From positions 32,860,001 to 32,924,000 of the forward strand of contig OX597814.1 of NCBI GenBank assembly GCA_951406725.2: DNA of 64,000 bases. Direction: 5' to 3'. Source of the DNA: Octopus vulgaris (Eukaryota). Numbering within the stretch: the first letter of the stretch is position 1; each line of letters opens with the position of its first letter. The position numbers were made by a program, and so were the translations under genes. A model generated the notes under the pieces. It had not been told where the DNA came from. It saw only the letters and a list, made by a program, of their open reading frames with translations, and searched no databases. Shown here piece by piece: positions 41,147-55,169 of this stretch.

Positions 41147-42989
41147 GCACAACAGCTTCCACAAGGACATGTGTTACATCAAAAATTCTTGGTTGGGGAT
41201 GCAAATCCTCCCATTCGCGTACGACATAATGCGGCAGCAGCATAGAATTGAAGCGTCCATCTCTTTCTTCTCTCAATGTAGGATGAGGAAAAATGGATGT
41301 TGAAGTAATGTAAATAAATAAATACATGTATATACGTGAAGATGGAGGGACGAGAATTCAGGATGAGGGATAAAAAATGTATAAAAAGTGTAAGTATAGA
41401 AAAATATAAAAATGTAGAGCATAAAGATATAAAGAGATATAAGGAGATGTAAAGGGGGTATAAAGAATATAAAGAAATATAAAGAAATATAAATAAATGT
41501 AAAGGCATAAGGTTATAAAGTAAAAATAGAAATAGAAATAAAAATAAAAGTAAAAAAACATGATAAAAATGTAACAAAATATAAAAAAATATAAAGATAA
41601 GGGATGTATAGAGGTTAAGGACCAAGCATGGTGGTCAGGAGATTGATAAAATTTAGTTGTAGAATTGTCAGTAAATCAACAGTTTCGTCTGGGGACCTAA
41701 TGCGTTGTAAATCAGAGCTGTTGAGCGTTTAATCTGGTTCCTTGAATTATTTGGACTTCTAGTACATACATACCAACATGGATACACACACCCATATACA
41801 CGCGTACATATACGCCTCCAAGCCTATAAGCATACACACGCACTCGCGTGTAAACATGCATATAAACACACACACACCCACACGCACGTGCGTACACATA
41901 CATACATACAACAGAATATCCGCATGTATACACGGACACTATACGTGTACACACTCACATGTACATACGCGCGCCCATCCCTACATACACACATGCATAT
42001 GCCCACGCTTCCAGGTCTAGATATAAGATATTAAAGGATGTATATAAGAGCGTATGTAAGGAATCACGTCTATGCGTGCACGCACACACGGCTGTGTGTA
42101 CGTATGTGCGTGCACATATACACCTACACACACACACAGAGACATATGGGTATAGCTATAAGATATCAAAATATGCATGTACATATATGCGCGCGTTTAT
42201 GTATGTATGCGTATACATACGTACACGGACGCTCGCATAGTCAAAAGTGGATCTATAGGTAAGTAAATAAACATATATAGAGATGTAAAGCGATAAGTTA
42301 GGGGTAAGAATGAGGGTAAGGGTAAAATTAGAGATAAAAGTAAGAAATACAGTATAAAATAAGAAATACAATGTAATAGTTAGAAATGAAATATAAAAAT
42401 TATAAAAATTATAAGAGTTAAGGTAAGGGATGAAAATGAAAATGAGAATAAATGGAAGTAGAATAAGAGTAAAAATAAAATAAAATAAAATAAGATAAAA
42501 ATATAATTTAACATGAGATGAAGGTGGTTGAAAGTTAGAGGTGTGTGTTAAAAGTGTCCACGTAGGGGCGGGCGGGGGGAACTGAAAATTGGAAGGGTGG
42601 GAAGTGGAGTTTGGCGGTGTGCGTTCAACATCCGAGTTAGAAATGTGAAAGGGTATAGATATAGGGAAGTAAAGAGACTATATAGGAAGGATATGGGTGT
42701 AGGAGAAGAAATATTTAGGGAAAAGAAGTCATGTATGGAGACAAAATTTGTATATATAGGAGGAAAATGCAGGGAAACATATATGCACATACACACACCC
42801 ACACACACACACACACACGCACATATATATATATATATATATATGTACATATACGTACACATATGTGCACATACATATACATACACACACACATACGCAT
42901 ATACACGCACATATAGGAAAGCGGGATGTGCTGGAGCCGACAGGTTGCACCGGGTGGGAGGAAATTGCATGGGGGAGTTGGTATAAAAC

Positions 42990-44953
42990 CTAAGCTTTGT
43001 AGTATTTGAAAGTATTAATAAGTTTGTGTATACAGGATGGTTTGAACTCTGACCTTTTGTTAATAAGATTGTGTTTGTCTTTGAATTTCAAGATGTTCAG
43101 GAGTTCTACACAACATAGTTGGCATCCTGCTCTATTATTTAAATAAGGTGCAGCTGATCCGATGATGGACCATCTGAGTTTGAAGCCTATACATTTGTCT
43201 TTTAATTCCCAAATTCTTTTAGAAAGGGAGGTGCTGTTAGCCTTATGTCTGTGTCTCAGCGAGGACCGGTGGTTGTAGTATCTGGATTTCCAGGAGGTTG
43301 AGCAACCAATATAGGTGAGTGTGTTAAACTGAGTACTCACCTCACATGAATATATTACGTTTTTCGCCCTACATGCGCCCTGCAGCGGGCACTCTGATGC
43401 ACATCTGCAGTTGCATTGCATTGCATTATTCGGTCGTGTGCTGCTAATCCTAGGCGGAGGTGTTGCAATACGAGTGGGGGCGTTGATATCCTCCTGGTTG
43501 TTGATGGGTGTAGTATTTCCTCTGTTGTGTTGGCGGGTGTTATTACTAACTGTTTGGGTAGTATGGCTGCCAGTCTGGTTATATTGTCTACTGTCTAGAT
43601 GAGGGGGTTCTGTTGGTCGCTATGGTTTGCTCTTGATCTAGCTGTTCTAATATTAATATAGTTATGTTTAGCTATGAGGCAGCTCATGTTGGGCAGGGTA
43701 GAGTAGGAAATCCTAATGGTTTTGTTGGAGAAGATACTTCTATACTTGTGGGTGGGTGGGAAGTTGTTGGAAATGATAGAGAATATTCTCTTACATAACT
43801 TACCCCTAACTGCTAAGTTGTAAGGTAAGTTGAACCATATGTATTTGCGTAATCTATTATCCCTTCTATTTCTCCTAATAGGATCTATATTGCTCTCGTC
43901 GGGAGGGTTACTATTGTGTGCTATTCTATTAGTTCGCCTATTTCCTATACGTTGTTTGGAGTTTAAATTAGAATTATCGCTAGTGTGAGTTGAGTGCTGA
44001 GTTCGATTATAATTGGGAGTTTTATGGCAGACGGACGCTCCCGGGTGGTCTACATATGATATTCTCTGGTTATACCCGGCACTATAGAGAGCCTGGTTGT
44101 AGTGTTGTGCGTGATTATTGAAAATTTCTCTATTAGAGGATAGTTTTGTCAGTCTGTTGAGATGGCTTGGACCGTGGTGCTAATTATACAGGGTGGATGG
44201 TTGGAAGAGGTATGGATGTATTTGGTAGTTTCTTCGGGTTTCCTATACGGGTGGTGAAGGTGCTTATTCAAGTCTAACGTAACATCTAAGAAGTTTACTA
44301 TTTTAGTATTGGTCATAAATTCTAGTTTAAGATTGAAGGATTTGAAAAAAGCCTGATCTTTTTCCTAATTCTTTCTAGTTTACTCCTATTGTTGGTGAGG
44401 TATATGAAGAGAGCGTCGTCTCTGTATAGACCCCCCTGAAGATCCGGTACCTCGGAGAAAAGCTTCTTGAGCAGGTAGGCCCCGACCAAGTCAGTCACCT
44501 GAGCTGAATCGCTCGAGCCCATAGCCACATCAAAATTGTCGGGGGTATCGGATCTGGTCCAGAGTCTACCGTCGAATTCTATTATGGTTTTTCTAGCTAA
44601 TAGTATTATGTCAATTTTTTCTCTGTCTATGAGTGAAAGGTTGCGGGCAAATATAAGGGATTTGTTAAGTAAGATGGGGGATATACTGGCGTAGTAGCTA
44701 GCTATGTCGAATTGGATGAATGAGTAGTCGGGCCTATTGGTGATAGTGTTAAACCATTCTAGCACATCGTCGGTGTTAATCCATAGTTGGAGTGGGATGT
44801 GGGGTTTGATGTGTGGGATCACCTTGTCCAGGATAGTCTTGCTAAGTCTGCCGATATCCGATTTAGTCGGACAGATTAATCGTACTCCTACATTATCTGG
44901 GAAGTCTTTCTTATGGTCTTTAATAGTAATTTTGGGTACTTGTGGTTTAATAA
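42990..44953 (-). pseudogene. PLE reverse transcriptase + C-terminal GIY-YIG endonuclease, with a few frameshifts
   Basis: IKDHKKDF, FDIASYYASI, AMGSSDSA, LYRDDAL, NFLDVTL, SNHPP, WFNLPY, SYSTLPN; endonuclease CNCR..CPLQGAC..VIY..YIG..R..H..CQLC..NKRSE. Confidence 0.92.
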
Positions 44954-45263
44954 CCCTTTACATCTCCTTATATCTCTTTATATCTTTATGCTCTACATTT
45001 TTATATTTTTCTATACTTACACTTTTTATACATTTTTTATCCCTCGTCCTGAATTCTCGCCCCTCCATCTTCACGTATATACATGTATTTATTTATTTAC
45101 ATTACTTCAACATCCATTTTTCCTCATCCTACATTGAGAGAAGAAAGAGATGGACGCTTCAATTCTATGCTGCTGCCGCATTATGTCGTACGCGAATGGG
45201 AGGATTTGCATCCCCAACCAAGAATTTTTGATGTAACACATGTCCTTGTGGAAGCTGTTGTGC

Positions 45264-45341
45264 ACGGCTGAAGAAGGCCACAGACATACATTATGCATTG
45301 TTATAAATCTGTCTAATAAAGGCCCGAAACATATGTACCGC
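45264..45341 (+). ncRNA. Type I hammerhead ribozyme motif in the inverted pseudo-LTR
   Basis: CGG-CTGAAGA(45268-45274)...GAAAC(45326-45330)-ATAT-GTA(45335-45337)-CCG. Confidence 0.8.
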
Positions 45342-45356
45342 TGAATCCTTCGCATC

Positions 45357-45577
<221 letters not shown>

Positions 45578-45588
45578 CACATGTATAG

Positions 45589-45770
45589 GGCGGCGAGCTG
45601 GCAGAAACGTTAGCACGCTGGGCGAAATGCGTAGCCGTATTTCGTCTGCCGTTACGTTCTGGGTTCAAATTCCGCCGATATCGACTTTGCACTGGGGTCG
45701 ATGTAATCGACTTAATCCGTTTGTCTGTCCTTGCTTGTCCCCTCTGTGTTTAGCCCCTTAGCAAAGAAAT
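45589..45770 (+). mobile_element. SINE family A with internal deletion
   Basis: Head and tail present; central part missing. Confidence 0.85.
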
Positions 45771-47639
45771 ATATATATACACACACATGTAAATATCTAC
45801 TTACATATAGAAGCGTGTGTGTATGCATATGTTTGTGTATATGTGTGGGGGTATGTATTTGTGTGCAAGTATGACTGCGTGATTAAGAAGAGTTGTTCGC
45901 TACTATATGGCTTTGGTTTGGTCTTATAACATAGCACATTGAAGAAGAGCCTTCCATTATAGCCCCCGCTTAACCAAACCCATATCAGTGAAATTTATAA
46001 GACTCGAAGTGAAAACCCATGTACATACAGCTCTTTGTTACTGAGAGTGTTTGAAAGACTTCAGCGAAGGCGCGTGACCCAGTGTCTCGGATATTCGCCT
46101 CACGATCGTGAAGTCATGAGTTCGATTCTCAGCAGCGTATTGTATCCTTGAGAAAAACACTTTATTTCTCGTTATTCCACTTAACTCGACAAAAATTAGC
46201 TGTGTTTGTATTTCAAACGTCTTGCCTTGTCACACTCTGAATCATGCTAAATCTCCCTGAGAACTACGTTAAGTGTATGCATATCTGTGGATTGCTCAGC
46301 CACTTGGGCGCTAATTTAACGAGGAAGCTGTTCTTTTGATCTTATCAACCAAAACACTCGTTGCGTAACCGACGGGGCGCGATTAAAAGATTTCACACAA
46401 TTACACGCATTCGTGCCACATCCTTTTCATGATTATTTTAGGACAATTTCATCTCTTTTCTTCGCGAGTCTCGTAAGCCTGGGACAGTTCTTGACGCTTA
46501 CCTTCTTTCTCTGACGTCGCGAAAAAAACAAAAGCAGAAAATATAATGAAACATTAATGAAATGTTCATATTTAAGTAATGCATCTCAGACAAGTTAACC
46601 CGATTTACCAATCTCTCATAATTATAGCCATGCTACGGTTTAAACATAATCATAAAGTGAATGAAATAATGATTAATCATATGAAATGATATTTAAATAT
46701 GATACTCGCTAACAGGTAAATAGATGTAATCAATAAGATTTGGGCCTTTTTACTATCGACGTAGCGTAGTGTCAAGATACGAACCATTAACTTTTTGGGA
46801 GGTAGCTTGACAATCTACCAAATTGCCCAGTTGTATTTCTAGAACAAAAGATTAATAAAGTGCTGTGAGGCTTTAGTTTGTAAACAAAATGAAACCAAAC
46901 AAAAGAGAAAAGAGTAAATTCTAGTCGGTATTGAAAGAAAAAGAACAAACAAAAATTAAATTAGTAGATTTTATTTCTATGCCTTGGTTGTTCTCACATG
47001 AAATGTGTATTGAGGGTAGAATTACAAATTGCATTTTCTGCTTGACAGTTGATGGATTATTTCCTGTACTGTTCAATTTCTGTCAGGGGAATATTACTGA
47101 AACACTATAAATTGAAGTAATTATCCGATAACCGAAGGCTTGTCCAGGTTATCCTTCACACTATAACTACTATATAGTTATAAATCCACTATGAATCTGT
47201 GAGTTCTATTTCTATATTTTTTAACCAAACATTTCTTCTACTTTCTACTCTGACATTCAGTTACATACCATTCCCTGTTATAATATTTACTTAACCATTC
47301 GTTATGATTCTTTTTCTGTTGTGTGTAGGTGCGTGAGACGGGGTATTTTTATATAAATTTATCTTCTATATTTCTATCATGAATTTTTTTCTTTACATGG
47401 TTCTCTATAATTTATATATCGCACAACTTTTCCTGCATATATGTATGTTTGGGTGAGTGTGTGTGTGTGAAATACGACCTTAACTTCTAATGATTTTTAT
47501 CATTATTATAATTTCTGTTCAACATTTGGTAGTTTCAGGCAAATTTCTACAGCATCATCTGCTACACTGCATTGCTGAAGTATGTGCAGCAATATGTTCT
47601 CGATTTTTCTTTTCTTTAATTTTTTGGTTTTGTTTTATT

Positions 47640-48410
47640 TAGGAGAGGACAAAACATTCCCGGTGTTCCATTGGATCAGTTTGTCTTGTTATGGGGTTTC
47701 GCTTGTGTTTTTTTTTTTGGTTTGCTGTATGAGTGTTTGTATTGTATTGTGTGAGTAAGGCAAGCTGTGTTCTTTTGTTGCGTATCCGACCTGTAGAATA
47801 CATGTTGTGGAGGTTGTTCAGTTCATTTGATATTTACTGTATAGTGTGGTGTGCCCATTGTTTGTGGGTTGTACTCTTAAATTAATAGTATTTTGTGTAG
47901 AATCTGTGCTGCTTCTAGCAAGGCAATTTTCTGGATAGTGTTTAGTGTTGACTGTCCAGATATAGCTTCTAAGTTTTAATTCATACCTTTTGTATTAACA
48001 TAACCGACGCCTCAGTCCTTGATGGTATTGTTTTCACCTACATGCCCCATATCTTGAATACTTCAATATCGAGATCTTTGTACTTCACTTCTGTTCGAGA
48101 AATATTTTGTTCAGAATGTGTTTATTTTCCTTGATTATTATGTCTGGGGGATTAGCTTTGATTTCTTTATCACTTTGAACTGGCATATCCCAGATGTTCG
48201 TAGCCTGGTCATTGTCGTGTACCTTGTTTAGCACGCGTTAATACGATTTCTCGTTAGATTTTATATTGTAGTGTTGGCATATTGTCCAGTGGATATAGTT
48301 ATTTACGCGGCCATGTCTGTATATAATGTAGACTTGGCTAGGACTGGGCAACCGGAGATGATGCTGTCAACTATCTCATTGTTGCACATTCTGCATTTGG
48401 TGTTAGGGCC
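47640..48410 (-). mobile_element. R4/Dong-like retrotransposon 3' fragment (CCHC + RLE + 3' UTR)
   Basis: KCRMCNNEIVDSIISGCPVLA, IWDMPVQSDKEIKANPPDIIIK, KYKDLDIEV. Confidence 0.75.
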
Positions 48411-48414
48411 TTTA

Positions 48415-48961
48415 TTTTACTGGTACTTAATTTATCGACCCCGAAAGGATGAAAGGCAAAGTTGACCTCAGTGGAATTTGAGCCCAGAACGTTAGTGACA
48501 AACGAAATGCTGCTAATCACTTCGCCCGGTGAGCTAAGGATTCTTTTCTACTCTAGGCACAAGGCTCGAAATTTTGGGTGAGGGGGCCAGTTGATTAGAT
48601 CGACCCCAGTAAGCAACTGCTACTTAATTTATCGACCCCGAAAGTATGAAAGGCAAAGTCGACCGCGGCGAAATTTAAACTTAGAACGTAAAGACAGACG
48701 AAATACCGCAATGTATTTCGCCTGGTGTGCTAACTCTTACTCTCTTTTCTCTTTTACTTGTTTCAGTCATTTGACTGCGGCCATGCTGGAGCACCGCCTT
48801 TAATCGAGCAACTCGACCCTAGGACTTAATCTTTGTAAGCCCAGTACTTATTCTATCGGTCTCTTTGCCGAACCGCTAAGTGACGGGGACATAAACACAG
48901 CAGCATCGGTTGTCAAGCGATGTTGGGGGACAAACACAGATATACAAACACAGATATACAA

Positions 48962-48996
<35 letters not shown>

Positions 48997-49156
48997 CGAC
49001 GGGCTTCTTTCAATTTTCGCCTACCAAATCCACTCACAAGGCTTTGGTCGGCCCGAGGCTATAGTAGACGACACTTGCCCAAGGTGCCACGCAGTGGGAC
49101 TGAACCCGGAACCATGTGGTTGGTAAACAAGCTACTTACCACACAGCCACTCCTGC
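48415..49156 (-). mobile_element. Cluster of SINE family A fragments and one family D SINE (48745-49156)
   Basis: Homology to other copies in the window. Confidence 0.85.
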
Positions 49157-49170
49157 ACCTAACGTTTCTA

Positions 49171-50270
49171 ATTTCTTTATTACCCACGAAGGGGCGAACA
49201 TAGAGGGGATACTACACATGTGGGGACATGCAAGCAGAGAAAAAAAATTAGAACCAACGTTTAAAAAAGTGACATGGAAAGTGAAATGAAAAATGGAATG
49301 AAGCCACTCTGCACTACTTCATAGCAGCTTCATTTATACCTTTTAAACTTCGTTCCCGCTTGAATATCGATTCCAAATTATTCCACCACTTCTTCATATG
49401 TGGAATACTGTCGTAATTCGTCCCAATCCAATTTCACCTCCCAGTACCTATATCCACTTTTGTATCTTGTTATTTTTCTTTCTGTTTATCCGAGCACAAC
49501 GCGCAACAATACCAAGCCTTAATGCTGTCAAAATTCGTTGTTTCAGTTGCTTTAAAGTCTTCCCAAGATGACACTTCTTTGCAAAGTTTTTCATTTGCGT
49601 CATCATACATGACTGCGTGGCATTTTTTCTTTCTTTTTTGTCGGGGTGGGGGTGGGGGAGTTTGAGAGTTCTTGTCTGTTTGTATATTTTTCTGTGTCAG
49701 CGGGGGATGGGCAGGTTTGGTCTCTGTAGGTCGAAGAGGGTGTGGGTGGGAGTTGGATGATTATGAGGCTTAGGTTTTTGTCTCTTTCTCTTGTTACTTT
49801 TTCCTATAGTCTCCCATTCGTTGTCTGTTTCTTTCTTTTCTACTTCTGTTGATATTTTCTTCCTCTTTATTTTCTTCCTCTTTATTTTCTTCCTCTTTAT
49901 TTTCTTCCTCTTTATTTTCTTCCTCTTTATTTTCTTCCTCTTTCTGGGGCTCTACTCTGTGTTTTTGATCGTTGAAGGACAGTCCGCTCTGATGTGGCCA
50001 TTCAGGCCACATTTAAGGCATCAAGAAATTCTGCCCTCCACCCTCACCCTCATTATCACGTCGTCCATAATTATTGTTTCTGTAAGGTTTTCTAGGGTTT
50101 CGGTTGAACCTTGAATATTCATGTCCAATATCTGTTCCTTTCATATAAAACTTTACGTTTTTGTGGCCTGGAGAACCACTATGTTGTCCTCATTTCCCAG
50201 AAGGTCAGCGGCTGCTATCCAGGCCACATCTATCTCTGGCAGAATTTCATCCACCCTAACTCTGGTCGCA
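49171..50270 (-). mobile_element. LINE ORF1 remnant followed directly by a short 3' UTR and retroposon tail
   Basis: Intact knuckle CLKCGLNGHIRADC (~49977-50020); RVRVDEILPEIDVAW resembles KVRIGRVPPEIDEAW at ~2880; 15-bp tandem repeat 49855-49943; ends CCCCTTCGTGGGTAATAAAGAAAT. Confidence 0.7.
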
Positions 50271-51210
50271 CGGAAATACTCCATTCTCAGTTGCTCTTTC
50301 ATTTCTTTTTCCATTATCTCGTTGAACTCCAGAACACTAAGGTATTCGTATCCTTCTATTTCAATATGTTTAATCAAGTCTCTATTCGATAATTCTGTCC
50401 CTGCCAGGGACTGTACTTTGCCTCGTTTTAGATAGATTATTCCGCACTTCTTGAGTTCACATTCCATTCTAATATTAGTACTAGAACAGTGAACCGTGTT
50501 AACCTGGGAACTCACTTGTATCTCATCTTTGTCTTACAGTTCTGAATCATCCATGAAGATGAGGTGGTTGATTGTTTGGGATTTTCCCTTTAGTTGGTAC
50601 CCCAAGTTCATTGTCAGGGGTATCATGCAGAGAACAAAAAGCAAGCGAGAAAGGCTATTACCATGGAAAATACCCCTTCTGATATCCAAGATACCCAAAC
50701 TTTTTTCCGTAAGATGTCAGTTCAGTTTTCCATCCCACCATACTTCTCTTCAGGAAACACGTTACTTTCCTCGCAGTTCCAAACAGGTCTAAGCACTCGG
50801 TGATCTACGAATGTGGAATCATATTATAAGCTTTGTGATAGTCAATCCAGGCCATTCCCAAGTTTGTTCTCTTTCGTTTACTATCTTGCCCTACCATTTT
50901 GTCTATCAATGGTTGATCTTTGGTACCTCTGCAGCTCCTTCACCAGTCTCTTTCTTCCGTAGGTAATATATCGTTCTCATCGAGAAATTTATACAGTTCT
51001 TCTGCAATTCTTCTAGACAGTAACTTCCAAATTAATGAGAGGCAGGAAATTGCTCTGTGTCAGCAGCATTTTCCTTTGATGCATCCTTCAGACACAACAC
51101 CGTTCGTCCTTCGGTCAACAATTCCGAGATTTTTTCTTCTCCATTGATCAATGCATTAAATTGCTCGGCGATCAATTTATGGCAACTACTGAACTTAACT
51201 TTTTCATCCA
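50271..51210 (-). mobile_element. R4/Dong-like reverse transcriptase fragment
   Basis: [56 protein letters not shown]; 5' end abuts an (AAT)n tract. Confidence 0.85.
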
Positions 51211-51228
51211 AATTATTATTATTATTAA

Positions 51229-51261
<33 letters not shown>

Positions 51262-51479
51262 CATTACTGTAGAACAAGTAGAAAATAAATTTTATTCAAC
51301 GCATCGATACTGAACGGAATATATATAAAGGATAAAATATTGTTATTTTCCTACTGATTTGCATTATTATTATTTCTATTATACAAAATTATATATTGAA
51401 CATCTGTTATGGTTTTATAGTTAACCTAACCAAAACTTTAAGGAGCTGGTTAGATTTCTCTCCTTGTAGCCTGAGGGGC

Positions 51480-53752
51480 TAAATTATAATTGTTTAGCAA
51501 ACAAGGCCGCTGAACGGAACAGTGAAATCGTAAAAATCAGTGAGAGAAGTAGCAGCAGTTACAAAAGCAACAGCTGCAGTAGCAAGAACAACACAGCTCG
51601 GGAAAAGTATGAAGCTAAGTATCTGCTACTAAAAGTTTCAACACAACCATCACCATTAAGGGAACCATAAAAAAGTGAAACATGTCAGCAAAAAGCGAGA
51701 ACACTACTAGCAAGAACACTGCTACCACCACGGCCAGATGTAACAGCAAATCCACCACCACCACCACCCCACCACCATTTTGTCTGGTGAGAATTGACCT
51801 GTCGGGAAAACGTTAAGTGACGCCAAAGCGCTCTTGCTAAAGAATGGGAGAAAATATTTGTAAATACACAAAAAAACAAGAAGTTACTGAAAAAAAAAAC
51901 TATTGTCTACAAGTGTATTTCATCAAAAACAAGGAGATTGGCACGAGAAACACAGGCCTACATCTAAAAATGCTTAAGATCAATCTAAGAGATAAAAACT
52001 GTCGCCCATTGGAGGCACTTTGGTACAGTTGAGTTGAGATACCCAACTGAAGAAAAAGCCCAAGAATGTGCAAAAAAAGCCCTGCAAGTTGGGGATTTGT
52101 GGATAATTCCGATATACCTTGAACGGAGTGTGGTGAAAATAAGCATGGAAGATGTACCACCAGAAGTGGACATTACTTTGCTGGTGGCAGTTGTATTATA
52201 AGGCAGAGAGAATACAATAATAATTCTCCAATTGCGCAAACTGGGTAAGGAAAATGAGTCAATTATAGGAATCGAATCATTGATATACTTCGATGAGGAC
52301 ATATCGAAGCTATCCCTGATCTGATCAACCTGTTCATGATGCACAGCTATTTGTAACAGTCGAGAATATAAAGACCACATGCCACATTTGTGACGAGACA
52401 AACCACTTAAAGACTTTCTGCCTATGCACAGAAAAGGAATATTATTGCTACTGCAGACGCCTCTAACACAGCATCAGCATAAAATGCAACAGAAGCAGCA
52501 CCAACAGCAACATCAATGTCAAGAACGGCAGCGTCCAATTCAACAACAAATAAAGGAGCAGCAGAATAGATTCATTAAACAACATAAGCAGCAAGCACCG
52601 ACACCAAACCCGAGAAAAACAACATCACCTGCAGCTTCGCAACCGAAAGAAGACCCACCCGCCCAAGCCAACAAGATCACCAATTTAGAAATGCACGACT
52701 GTACAGACATACCGCTACCCATGCCACACATTTCTCATACCGTGAAAACTCGTCTAGCGAGGAAAATAGTTTGGAAAAAACACCAGAATGGATCTTGGTG
52801 AAAGGTAAAACAAAGTAAAAATTCAAAATGAACAGCACGGTACAAAACTAGAGCGAAAGAGACTAGAGAAAGAGAAACAGAAAGCAGCAAACCATCACAC
52901 ATACACACGCTCTACACCATACAAATGGAAACATTTCCAACACTAGAAACACCACCATTACAAACACCTCAACACATGAAAACATATAGCAATCCAGACA
53001 AAGATATAGCAGTCGCTCCCAAGGCATCATCAATAACACGATAATAGTCACAAATAACAAAACTAGATAAAACATTCCAAAATAGACAGACATTATTCTA
53101 AACAAATATATCGCATCTCCCCATAATACATGTATTCATTTAAAAATTATAAATACAACGCAATAAACTACAAGGAAAATAACCCAAAGGAATGGAAGAT
53201 TCCCTTGGGACCATAAACAAAGGACACTAAAGCAATGCTTGTCGATACAGAACGGCAGAACACATTTCTCTCCACAGAAATAGGGTAGGTATTCTCTTTG
53301 CTCTTCGTCTTTCTGGCAAACATGACCTTGCTCCGAATCGCCAGTATAAATGCAGGCGTCCTGGGGTCGCCTTGGAGGCAGGGCCGCCTATACATTGACC
53401 TCAGGTTATTAAGTATATATGTCGTGGCTGTCAGTGAGACCACAGCTTCCAGTTGACAAGCTTTCATGTCTATTTTCTGCGCGTACAAGATTTACTTATT
53501 TATCTCTGTCAACAGGGAATGGTGGGGTATAACTGGTGTGTAGTTTCGGGGACATTTTGATCTCAAGATATGGGCCACCTTACTTGACTCAAAAGGTAAA
53601 TTGGTGACCATGAATACGAACAGTAGCAAGAGGAGTACTCTTAGACAGGTCGCTGTTTCTGCTCCAACAGGGGAAAAACTGCTGAATTTCTTCAGATGTC
53701 CAGAGGTTTTCGTGGGAACATCTCGATCTCTAGTGGTAATTGGTGACTGCAG
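51480..53752 (+). mobile_element. Decayed Tx1/L1-like LINE 5' half: 5' UTR, ORF1 and start of ORF2 (APE endonuclease from 53322)
   Basis: ORF1 remnant EDVPPEVDITLLVAVVL and TCHIC..NHL..FC; ORF2 RIASINAG, VAVSET, AVSAPT, LVVIGDC. Confidence 0.75.
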
Positions 53753-54537
53753 TATTCAAATTCTGCTGTCATTCTTTCGGGGTCGATAAATTAAGTACCA
53801 GTTAGCATTGGGGTCGATGTAATCGACTTATCCTCACTCACAAAATTTCAGGCCTTGTGTCTAGGGTAGAAAGGATTATTATTATTATTATTAGTAGTAG
53901 TAGTAGTAGTAGTAGTAGCAGTACTAGTAGTAGCAACAGCAGCAGCAGTAGTAGTAGTATTGTTATAAGGCCGTGAGATGGCAGATACGTTACCACGTTG
54001 AACGCCATGCTCAGTAGTTATTTCGCCCGTCGCTCCGATCTGAGTTCAAATACCACCGAGTTCAACTTTGCCTTTCATCCTTTCGGGGTCGATAAAATAA
54101 GAAACAGTTGAACACTAGAGTCGATGTGATCGACTTATCCCCCACCTCCTCCAAGCTGCCCTCGTGGCAAAAATTTGAAATAATTATTATGATTATGATT
54201 GTCATTATTAAAGCACGCTGGACGAAATGCTTAGCAGTATGTCACCCATCGGTATGTTGAGTTCAAATTCCGCTGATTTCGAATTTGCCTTTCATCCTTT
54301 CGGTGTCGATAAATTAAGTACCAGTTGAGCACTGGGGTTGCTGAAATCGACTTAACCCCTCCCCAAAGATCCAGACCTTGCGCCTATAGTAGAAAAGATT
54401 ATTATTTTTTTCTTTAATCAAATTCCGCCGACTTTACCCTTCATCCTGTCGAGTTCGATAAAATAAGTGCCACTTAAACACTGAGGTCGCTATAATCAAC
54501 TTACATCCTCCCCCAAACTTGCTGGCATCGTGCAAAA

Positions 54538-54540
<3 letters not shown>
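53753..54540 (+). mobile_element. Cluster of four partial SINE family A copies
   Basis: Repeated TTTCGGGGTCGATAAA..AAGTACCAGTT cores separated by (ATT)n/(AGT)n. Confidence 0.8.
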
Positions 54541-54571
<31 letters not shown>

Positions 54572-55169
54572 TATTGTTTACAATTGGTTGAGACGGTTAA
54601 CACGTGTGGCTTTTTTTTCTTCTGTTTTTCCCTTTCACTGAACAGATAGAAAATTTTTGCCGCTAGGCTACGAAGTTTTAACAGATTTTAAAGAAAAGCC
54701 TACAGGATATTGACAGATGTCATTTCCAGCAATATTGCAGAATCGTATTCAAAGTTTCAATCTTCAACAACGAGACAATACTAATTAAAATTTAAAAATA
54801 AAGAAAATTGGTATTTCAAAATTTATATTGATACTTGCAATAATTAAAATAACTGCGTTTAATTACTATGTGAATATCAAGAAATTGATCGCTAACTAAT
54901 GTAATTACTAATTATTCTCTAACACGCTGTTTTAATATTATACTAGTATGTTATAATTTTGAAGAATTACATTGCGATCCTATAACAAAGTGAAATCGCT
55001 ATTTGCGTTTCACTGAACGCGGTCAGTTGTCAACCTTTTGCTCCTGCATATATTTCTATGGTATAAAATAATTTTTACCCACCCTAGTAGAATAGGCTCA
55101 AGAACAGGGTGTACAGTGGGTAAAGTACACTCCTCAACTGTTTTGATGAGATGAGGCAATGAAACACTT

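Noticed and set aside
41676-41726. Minus-strand GTC-CCCA-GAC-GAAAC-TGTTGA resembling a type III hammerhead half
   Set aside because: No CTGANGA core upstream
42990-44953. Possible selenocysteine (in-frame TGA) recoding as in Naiad PLEs
   Set aside because: The endonuclease is C-terminal, its cysteines are normal codons and the disruptions are frameshifts
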